A DNA stretch of 64,000 nt, taken from the NCBI GenBank assembly GCA_977018835.1, contig OZ361259.1, positions 2,604,001 to 2,668,000 on the forward strand. Direction: 5' to 3'. The DNA comes from Minutocellus sp. GHC0000111 (Eukaryota). Below the pieces are notes generated by a model, which was not told the origin of the DNA, made no database searches, and worked only from the letters and a program-made list of their open reading frames with translations. Made by a program: the position numbers and the translations under genes. Numbering within the stretch: the first letter of the stretch is position 1; the number at the start of each line of letters is the position of its first letter. This document shows positions 35,732 through 44,981 of the stretch, piece after piece.

Positions 35732-36874
35732 ATGAGCAGCAACAAATCCATGCGGCTCACCATCGCTGCCCTTGCGGCCGCAGCGCTCTGCGGCGACAGC
35801 GGCCTCTCGATGGCCTCGGCCTTTGTGCCGAATTCTTTTGTGGGCGTTTCGGCTCCGTCTCATGTCACCACCACCAGCAGTAGCACCTCCCTGCACATGG
35901 CCCTGAGAGTGCTGGCCCGCAAGGCCAAGGAGGCATCGCTCCGCGAATACGTCAAGGCGGGCCTCGAGGACTCGGTCCGGGCCAAGGTCGACGAGCTGAA
36001 GAAGGCGGCGGCGACCGATTCCAACCTCGACCCGCACCCCACCGACGCCGACTGGACGGCCGGTCCGTTCCAGGCCGCCCTCACCAAGCGGAAGGGGACC
36101 ATCACCGTCATCGCCGAGTACAAGCGCAAGATGGACCAGAGCGGTTTCATCGACGAGGTGTTCAATCCCGAGATTCTGTCGCCGAGCTTCCGCGAGTTCG
36201 GTGCCACCGCCGTCGCCGTCATGGCCGACGATCGCATCGGCGGATGCACGTACGAGGACGTGGCCGAATTCGTCAAGGAGCAGCAGGGCGCCAAGGGTGA
36301 GATGCCCGGTCCTCTCCCCGTCATCTCCAGCGACATCGTCGTCGACGAACTGCAGCTGTGCCAGAGTGCCGCGTACGGCGCCGAGGCCGTCGTCCTCATG
36401 GCCGGCGTCGTCGGGATGGACAAGTGCCGGGAGCTGAAGAAGTACGCCGACCTGCTGCAGTTGGAGTGCATCGTGGCCGTGGGGACCAAGGAGGAGGCCC
36501 AGCAGGCCGTGTCGGACGTCGGCGCGACCATCGTCATGGTATCCGGTGTGGAAGGCGGGGCCGACGACAAGTACCAGGTCGTCGACGGGCTCGACGTGCC
36601 GGAGGGGAAGCAGATTTGCACCGTTGCCAACATCCTGGCCCGTGACAACAAGGCCCTGGAGGAGGTCGAGGAGGCCTGGGTGTGCCGAGATCGGGGCTTC
36701 AACGCCGTTTGGCTCAGCGACGCGCTGTACAAGAGCGGTGCCGACCCGCAGGAGCATCCCGGTGCCATCATCTCGGCGTGCAAGGCCAAGAGCAGTGTCA
36801 AGTGGGCCTCCCCCAAGGCACGGAGTGGCAAGGGCGAGGGCGCACGAGAGTACCTCGGTGACTTGTTGATGTAA
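35732..36874 (+). CDS. Plastid-targeted indole-3-glycerol-phosphate-synthase-like TIM-barrel protein (probable pseudoenzyme)
   Basis: Presequence with ASAFVP; VIAEYKRK, GATAVAV, D.VVDELQ, GAEAVVL, GFNAVW follow the TrpC strand order but several catalytic motifs are replaced. Confidence 0.75.
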   Translation: MSSNKSMRLTIAALAAAALCGDSGLSMASAFVPNSFVGVSAPSHVTTTSSSTSLHMALRVLARKAKEASLREYVKAGLEDSVRAKVDELKKAAATDSNLDPHPTDADWTAGPFQAALTKRKGTITVIAEYKRKMDQSGFIDEVFNPEILSPSFREFGATAVAVMADDRIGGCTYEDVAEFVKEQQGAKGEMPGPLPVISSDIVVDELQLCQSAAYGAEAVVLMAGVVGMDKCRELKKYADLLQLECIVAVGTKEEAQQAVSDVGATIVMVSGVEGGADDKYQVVDGLDVPEGKQICTVANILARDNKALEEVEEAWVCRDRGFNAVWLSDALYKSGADPQEHPGAIISACKAKSSVKWASPKARSGKGEGAREYLGDLLM

Positions 36875-37073
36875 CGCATTGATATATTTTGTATATATAA
36901 TAGTGACTTATGTACATTTTTATTTGCATTCTGTGCATTGGCAATCTGTGGCGAATGGTATTTTAATGTCCGAGCTGGATTGAATTGAGTTGACATTATG
37001 TCATGGATCAGCAAGCGACCGGTGAGCCAAGGTTTCAACAGACACATCAGTGGCATAACACCACATGTCATTT

Positions 37074-37697
37074 TCATTCGCTTCCCTCGTCGTCGTCTTC
37101 GTCATTTTGCTTGTAGAATGTGCCTGTACTTTGCATAAGTAGATTGTATTGGCACATCAATCGAATCTCACGCTTGGCCACGAGCGTCAGCTCTCCCGGC
37201 AGCCACGAAAATCCATCGGGATCCGTGGGATCAGCACGAACCTGAATCTCTGCCGCAACCTTCTCTCCAACTCCCGGCCAAGTTTGTGTTTGAAACGTAA
37301 CACAACCTGCGGGTACGTTGGGATCTCCGGTAACTTTGACGGCCTCCAGGGCTGAGGTGGCGCATTCCCCGCGCAAAGTTGTTTTCACATTGACCCACTC
37401 TCTCCCGTGCGAGCCATAGAAATCATCCGAATACCACAGACCCTCCACATCACCCAACTTTTCTGTGATTGAATCAACAAGGACATCGTCTTCGTCTTCG
37501 TCGATGTCTTCCTCGTCGATTGTTGCGATGGGACTGTCCTCTACATTCGACGCCAACTGCTGACTCATCGGTCTGTTCGTTGTCGTCGCCATGGCCGTCA
37601 TGGCCGCGCCTGGTGGTGCCAGTGCACTGCGATGTGTGAACGCATTCCCCGGCGCAGCGCTAGTGGCGAGAAGAAGGAATGTCGACCACAACGGCAT
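37074..37697 (-). CDS. Plastid-targeted protein with DUF3506/EXECUTER-like (cyclin-D1-binding-type) beta domain
   Basis: Signal + GNA-FT motif; GLWYSDDFYGSHGREWV...LEAVKVTGDPNVPAGCVTF. Confidence 0.7.
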   Translation of the reverse strand: MPLWSTFLLLATSAAPGNAFTHRSALAPPGAAMTAMATTTNRPMSQQLASNVEDSPIATIDEEDIDEDEDDVLVDSITEKLGDVEGLWYSDDFYGSHGREWVNVKTTLRGECATSALEAVKVTGDPNVPAGCVTFQTQTWPGVGEKVAAEIQVRADPTDPDGFSWLPGELTLVAKREIRLMCQYNLLMQSTGTFYKQNDEDDDEGSE

Positions 37698-38029
37698 GGG
37701 TTCATTGTTGCGTGTGCGCCACTGCGCAACAGACTTCATGTGGTTTGGTGGTGTGCTGGTTGTGCGGTTGACGCTGCTAACGTCATCTGTGGGTGCTCCC
37801 CAGATTACGCAGGGCGCCGCTAAGTCAGCGCCATCGCCAGTTTTGAAGCAAGGCTCGCCTGGCGGCCATGTGACATCCCCACCGTCTTCGTCATGGGGCG
37901 GAGCCGAGGACCCTGTGGATTGAACACGCAATCACTTCCAACGCAGTTGACCCCCTTTCCATGCCATTTGCAGGACATCTTTCCATCGTCGAGCTGGTGC
38001 TTTTGCGCATGCGATGGGAGGAAGAACTG

Positions 38030-38235
38030 TGCTAAGAGGTCCTAAAGCTAAGCTAGATAGATATAGCTAGTAGAGGTTAATAGGACCTACGTAGATGAGT
38101 AGATGAAAAATGGGCCATGGGAGATGTCGTTGGCCCATGGATCAATGGTCAGGAGAGGGCACTGAGTCAGTGTGGTCTGATCACCGTACGTACCGTACGT
38201 ATGTACACGTACGTACGTATCCCACGGCATCAACA
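38030..38235 (-). repeat. 3' LTR (206 bp)
   Basis: Direct repeat of 44089-44284 with 5 substitutions, an 8-bp duplication (gtagatga) and a 2-bp indel; preceded on the minus strand by purine-rich gcgagggtg (PPT-like). Confidence 0.95.
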
Positions 38236-38294
38236 CACCCTCGCAGATCAATGACTAGTGCCATTGAATCTACATGTAGAGTCCTAATTGGAAT

Positions 38295-41200
38295 CTACAT
38301 GTAAGTAGACTGGTCGCATGTCGACATGGTAGCGGGCGGGATGGTGCTTTGTAAAATAATCGGCCAAATTTTGCGCTCCTTTCCGCCAGTGCACCTGGAA
38401 TTGTCTCTGTCGTTGCTCTGTGCGATCTTGGACCCCCAGCAGAATCTCATGTCCACAGCCTTAGACCGTCTTTGCTTGACGGTTTTATTGGCGATTCCAG
38501 ATGCTGTAGAGTTGTCAACGACGATAGCAGTAGGGGGCTGCGGGTGACCCATTTCTTCTGGTGCTGCCCGGATTGGTGCTGCATCTTTCATGTTGAAAAA
38601 TAATCCTCCCAATTCGGCTTCAGCGGCTGAGGACATTACATGCTTGATGACATTGGCATTGACGAGGATGGCTCCATTCATTGGTGGCATGGGATCACTT
38701 GAGTCAGGCTGGCGGTGCGGGTCCTTAGGTCGGGAGCTTAGGTAGAAGCACCCTCCGAGCTTGCGTCTTGATTTCGGGGCTGACAAGCAGGAGGCAGGCG
38801 TCGCTGTGCACATGCAGGATCATGTCTGACTTGACGTATCGAATGACTGCGTCGGGATGGGTTGCAAGGTAATCTAGAAGCTTCTTGGCATCTTGTCGAG
38901 TGCGCTCGGTAGCTTTGGATTGTTCCGCTGAGATGCCATTGAGCGCCGGTAAAATTGTTGAATCAATTGCTCGACCACAGTGCAAGGAGCTGCCCACCAC
39001 CTGTTGAATTTCGTTGATGCCTTTGGCGTCGAGTGGTGGTGAGTCGTCTTCCGGTTCTGGCAGCTGGGGTCCCGGGCCATGCGTCGGACGATTCCATCGA
39101 CATGGCGCATGCTCGGGCCGTGAGGGGCGGTCGTGTTGGAACTTGTGTGGCGCATCTCCTTGACGTAGTTAGGCATAGATAGATCCACCCATTTGGCCTC
39201 GTAGTTCCACTCGAGTTGAACACCACAATAAAGTTGGCCTTCCCAATCGGTAGTGATCTTATGCTTGGAGTTGAGGGCCTGAATGAGATGGTCTGCATGC
39301 TCTTTCCCGACACACTTTACTCCAAAATCGTCAACGGTTAGGCAAAAGGTAATTGGGCGGGTTTTGTGCCTCCAAAGGCCGGCAGTGCGCTTGCAAGGGA
39401 AATAGCCATGGGGTTTGAGATGCTTGACAAGTTGATCGTAGGCTAGGCGCCCTGCCTGGGGTAATCCATGCATTCCGCCATCGATTCTGACCAATGCTCG
39501 ACCATTCTTTACTTTGTCGTGGAGGTCGTAGGCTTCCATGACTTCGTCGGGGATGAGAGCTACTGGCGCCCACATCCATTCTGGCTCTGGCATGGTGCTA
39601 TTGAGATAGAAGTCACTGACATCAATTCCCATGAAACGAGCGTTGTCTGTAGAGATGACGCTGTTGAAAAGTAACGTTGCAGTCAACATTTCAGCGGTCG
39701 GGGTCGAGACTGTACCAGGGTAATGAATTTTGTCGCCTCCTGCAGTCCATCGAACTCGATTGGGATTTGGTTTATGGGAGCGATAGTCGGCGACAATGCG
39801 GAGGTATGTGGCTTTTTTCCCCCGAGGCAGTTCGGACCAGTGTGGACGAAAGCCATTGTATTGGAGGGAATGCTAGCACTGTTTCCAACTCGGCCGTCCG
39901 TTAGCCGTCCAATTTCATCGATGTTTGCTTGAATGAATTGGTCCCTCATGTTCGTTTTGAGGAGGTCGCGGTGTTCAAGCATTGCACCAGCATCGGGATG
40001 GACGACGGCGTTAGCAAAGTGTTGGAGGTTTGGTAAAGGCGAGAAAGCTGCCATGTTGGCCACGTGGTGGGCACTACGACGAGATGATGGCCGTGGGGGA
40101 GGGTTCCGATGTGGAATGTACCCTCGCTGACGGTGTGATCGTCGTCGAGGTGGTTTGGCGGTCGATGGTTTGGACTTGCTTGTCAATTTTGCTGGAGCTG
40201 GTAATGTTGGAGTGGTGTCGATCGTTGGAGACTTGCGTTTACGTTGCCGACGGGAGGTGGGGGCATTGGAACTTTGATTGGATGTTACGACGGTTGCATC
40301 GTCGTCATGATTGTCATCATCGTCGCCGTTGGGCTCGTCTACTGCAGCCAAAGGATTGCAGTAGTTGGAAGAAACTGACGAGCGAGGTGGCGCGTTGGAT
40401 CGACGTGATCGACGGCTTTTAGTGGTGGCTGCATCACATGTGGAGGATTTTGCCACCCTCGGAGGTTGCTGGGGCTGAGGTAACGGAGCGTTGGGGTTGG
40501 AGACAAGGTGACGGCCTACTTCAGTCTCGTTCATCTCTTCTACATCGTCGTCCTCGTATTTGATTTTGTAGCACTTACACTTCTTGTCAAATGCAACGAC
40601 TCTGCCCTTGTAATTGCGATCTCCAAACACTTTGGCGACGATGGTACCGAGGCGGAATCGTTGGGACTCGTCATCGTTCTCCAGCACCCTCGGAGCTGCG
40701 GTTGTCTGCATCGTCTCATCAGAGGCGGAGGTGGCAGATTCTGCTGGGGTCACGCTGTTGAAAATCTCGGAGAGCTTTTCTAAAGCTTGACGATGCTCGT
40801 CTCGAAGGGGAGCAAGGGGTGCCGCTGGATGTGGATTCTGTAGAGCGTGCAGGAGTTCATGAGCTGCGACTATTGCTGCATCGGCCGACGACGTTTTGGG
40901 TACCGGAATCATTTTGGGGAGCCAGACGAGTGTGTTACCAGTGCGTTCCGCCCGAGTTTCCTCAATCCAAACCTTGTAACACCGGTAGTGTTCCATGGCT
41001 GTACCGACATAGTACCCATCAACGCCATGCGGGGACCAAGAGCCGCGTGCCGAGGGCATCTCGTGAAAGATGACCTTGCATCCGAGGGGGCCGAGAGGCG
41101 TGCGATTGAAATCAAAGCCGCCATTGAGTTGCTCGTACGCTGATAGTCGAGGGTTGACTCGGGATGCTCTCAGGAAATTGAGGGTCATTACCGCCTGCTC

Positions 41201-42498
41201 CAGCAATTTATCCCACAAGATGAGGGGAAAGTCGGGATCGGTGCCACAGAGAATCGCAATGAAATGATTCTTAAAGGTTCGAATGGCTCGTTCGGCCGCA
41301 TTTCGGCGGTGGGAGTGCGTTGGGGTCAATTGAAAATCTACATCCTTTTCTTCCATGAACTCCTTCAGCTCTCGACTCACTTCATTATCCAATCGTTGCA
41401 ATTTTGGGCGAAATCCTCGCTTGGAGAGGTATTCGAAAATAGTTTGGTACGCTCGGCGCATTTCCGTTCCCGATCGGCTTTTCATTGGTTCGGCCAAGAT
41501 GCTGTTGGAGTCATAGTCATAGACGACCATTATGCACTGGTGGCCAGAAATAGACGATGCCAAGAAACGGCCGGGCTGATCTGAGAAGATCTGGCCCGTT
41601 ATGTCATGACAATCAGCAAAGACATAGTTGGTGCGCTGTTGGTGTTGTGCCGGGTGGAGATCCTGCTCGGTTTCGTCCACCCCAGGGAGAGATTTTGGCG
41701 TAGCCATCGACCGTTTGGGCTTGGTCGACCTGATGTTCTTGCGCTGCTGGTCTAAGTGACCTTTAATCATCGGTGACCTTTAATCATCGGTATCGACTGT
41801 GGCATGTGCTTACGTACAAGCTTTGATGTGAGGCCTGGCCAAGATCTATAAAATCCCGCATCGATTGCTTTGCACCAGGTAGATAGCTGAGGACTGCCAG
41901 CGCACCAATGAAAAAAGGCTACACGTTCCGGAACCGTCTCCTGGGCAATTGCGGCGTTGGCAGCATGTTGGATGACGTTGGGGCCGGGGAGCGGCGACAT
42001 GGTGGGCGAGCAATTAAGATCTACCATCCACAATTTCGTTGAGGGGTCTCGTTTACCTTGCAAAATGACGGTGTTGTCCTTGGCGATGACTACCGAATCC
42101 TTGTCGAAAGTGGCAACACATCCATCGTCACACAGCTGCCCAATCGATAGGAGCGATGATGCCATATTATTGAAAACATAGGCCTTGCTAGCCGATGGGG
42201 AAACCCCAGGGAGGCGAAGCGTGGCCTCGTGGGTGTTCGTCATTGTGCTGTTATCCAGAAGGGTGACGCTGATAGGAATTGCTGTCTGTTTGACGTTGAA
42301 AATAGGGCCATCGCACGATAGGTGTTGGGGCTTCTGGACAAAATGTCCCGTCGTTCCAGCATCTGCTGCGAGGACGATTGGCTCTTGAGTTGGAGGTTTG
42401 CTTTTTGACGTAAGAAAAGCTAACGAAGGCGGGGAGGAGGTGGATTCAGATGTGCTATCCTCCATTTTATACTGATTAACATCCACCGTCCCTCCCGC
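38295..42498 (-). pseudogene. pol: Retrotransposon pol (protease, integrase, Tudor-like domain, RT, RNase H), multiply frameshifted
   Basis: PR DAGTTGHF; pre-integrase SP..STW..AI..G...SWPGLT; IN SDQPGRF, RLDNE, NAAERAIRTFKNHF; RT DVSDFYL, GLPQAG, LTVDDFGV; RH SDAS, SSAAEAE, VDNSTA, ADYFTK; a 17-bp tandem duplication at 41756-41789 breaks the frame. Confidence 0.92.
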
Positions 42499-43784
42499 TC
42501 AGTTACGACGCGAGCTACCACCGCAAGGATTGTACTTGGTGGCGTTATCAACGTGGTTGGGCCCTTTGCAAGTGCATTCAAAGCTGGGGTGGTTGGACGA
42601 ATAGCCGCACGTGTGGCAATGGTGGCCTCTGGGGAGGATCGACTGCAGTTCCCGCTTCTCCTGGTGGTTGAGGTTAGGACCTTGGCCTGGGAAGTGGCCG
42701 GCGCCGTTCTGCTGGCCACCGCCGCGGTAGCCTCCACTGCCACCAGCATGGTTGCGTCCCTCACGCAGAACGCGGTTCTCGGCCTTGAGTGAAGCTATTT
42801 CTTGGCGAAGTTTGGCAATGGTATCATCCTTCTCGTTGCTCTTTTTGGCAAGGTTCGCCATCATGGCTTGGTTGGTCTTGAGGGCTTCGGTGGTGTCAGC
42901 CAAAAGGAGATCGGCTCGAGAAAGAAATGGATCGTCCGAGGCCGATGAGGCCAAATTCGCGCCATGATATCCTGCCGCTTCGGTGGTGGTGTTGGCCATC
43001 TTCTTATCATACCAATCGCGGAAGTCCGACTGCATGTTGGCCCACGTGCGTTCGGCCTCCGGTCTGTCGTCCCAGTCCTCGCATGCCTTCTTTGCCAATG
43101 AGAACCTGCGCACGGAGCGGTAGAACTTGGAGACCTTTTGCTTGTTGGTGAAGGGTTCGCCGGCCGTTTCAAACGCCTTGAAGACTTTGTTGAATATGGC
43201 GATGTGGGTGTCGATGGGTCCCCCGTCGTGCTGCTTCTCGAGCTGCTTCTCTAATTCCTCCTTCTGAGTCTCGTTGAATTTCAAGTAGCGATCGGTAATG
43301 CTGTCGATGATTTGGCGGATGGTGACTGGCTGGAAACCGAGCATGTCATCTTCGAGATGATTGATGTAGACGGCGTCGATCGAGTCGAGGAGGAGATTCT
43401 TGAGCGCCGTGTTGACTTGCTCGTACAAGTTGCAGTGGCCCTTTTCGATGTGATGTCCCCGGATTGCACGATCGCGTTGGTCTAGATTGGCCACGGCGGG
43501 AATGGTGGGGCTGGGGCCAGGATTTGCCGGAGGCACATGTGGTCGGCCGTTACTTTTGGTGGTGTGTTCGGCATCGCTGACGACGAGGCCCAAATGGCCG
43601 AGGTTGTGGTCATTGCACCCTGCTGGAATGCTGCTGGCCGCCGCGCTTGTTGAAGTTCCTTGAGCGCTTTGGCAACACGCTCGCGTTGGGGAGGTTGTCC
43701 TGGGTCATTCATACGTGTGATTAACTTGGTGGGGAGAATCGGCGCTGTGCCGAGAGGTTGGCCAAAAACTGCGTCGGGATTCAT
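42499..43784 (-). pseudogene. gag: Retrotransposon gag (frameshift near 43600)
   Basis: GHLGLV motif, TW...F motif, zinc-knuckle-like CHTCGYSSNHPSFEC and terminal NPCGGS. Confidence 0.8.
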
Positions 43785-44088
43785 GCTGGTTTTTCAGTCA
43801 GCGAAGACAGGCAGCACGGACGGCGGTGTTGCTGCTGCGAGACGTGTGATCGACAGAAGGTTCGATCCAGAGAAGTGTGATCGATTGGATGGGTCGATCT
43901 GGTCAGGACTTTCGGGGAAGGGATTGGATCGTCGTTCCAATATTGTCGAAAGAAACGGTCGTTTTGGCCGATTGAAGATGTGTCGGTTTTTCTTGCGTGA
44001 CGAGTGAGAACCCAAGACAAACCGGTGAGGTGCGAACCGAAATGGGGCGAGCACGGGTGGAAAAGATGTGTCACGTAGTAGGTAGGTC

Positions 44089-44284
44089 TGCTAAGAGGTC
44101 CTAAAGCTAAGCTAGATAGATATAGCTAGTAGAGGTTAACAGGACCTACGTAGATGAAAAATGGGCCATCGGAAATGTCGTTGGCCCATGGATCAACGGT
44201 CAGGAGAGGGCACTGAGTCAGTGGTCTGATCACCGTACGTACCGTACGTATGTATACGTACGTACGTATCCCACGGCATCAACA
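44089..44284 (-). repeat. 5' LTR (196 bp)
   Basis: Begins TGTTGA and ends TTAGCA on the minus strand; contains (TACG)n runs and a tgggcca/tggccca hairpin. Confidence 0.95.
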
Positions 44285-44981
44285 AACTGGCTGGCATCGG
44301 CCTTGCCAAGAAGGCACTTGCCTAGGCACACAGTCCAACAGTGACTGCTCCCCGCCAGCCAGTCGGCTGTGGATCTGCAACATCATTGCCGGTTGCTACC
44401 GCCCCGCAGCCGTGAACGACTCACTAAGCTCGCGCCCTCTCGATGAGCCACTGTTGTTCATGGAAGGAGAGACGACACCTACCTCCTCTCCACCTTCTGT
44501 CCCCCGACTTCCCGTCATGCAAGCTGCTTCTTCAAAAAACAAAAGAAGAAGAAATAAAATGGGGGGGAAGTCAAGCCTTTTACTGTCCGGGAGCAACGAT
44601 TGGGGCGGGCGAAAATTCGGTTGAGGAGTGCAAAAAGAGGTGTGCAGAAACCACTAATCAATCAAAATTGTTGTAGTTGTTTGTCAACCAGAGGTCAGGT
44701 TGATCTCGGAGATGGACCAAAGGTAGAGCAGGGACCGGGGAGGCAAAAGAGAGGAGCAGACCCATCGTCGGGAAAGTCATTTTGGCCCTTTTTTTCTGAG
44801 CAGGCATTGGTCTACTTGCTCGGGTCTACTTTGACACGAGTAGACGTCGGAAGTTGAGGCATTCTACTCAGGCGGCAATCAAAGACATGATCATTCAAAT
44901 CCTCTCACAAATCAAGCATTCGACCAAAGAGTAAAGCATCCACTTCCACTAGCATACATTTCCACTAGCATCCCAACCATC

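Larger units (their letters stand above)
38030..44284 (-). mobile_element. Full-length, decayed Ty1/copia LTR retrotransposon (CoDi-like)
   Basis: TG...CA LTRs at 38030-38235 and 44089-44284; 5-bp TSD AACTG at 38025-38029 and 44285-44289; gag-PR-IN-RT-RH order on the minus strand; multiple frameshifts. Confidence 0.97.

Noticed and set aside
29225..37077. Long antisense ORFs (e.g. 29225-30823, 35708-36757, 35860-37077; also 16328-17662)
   Set aside because: Shadow ORFs expected opposite GC3-rich coding sequence; no motifs
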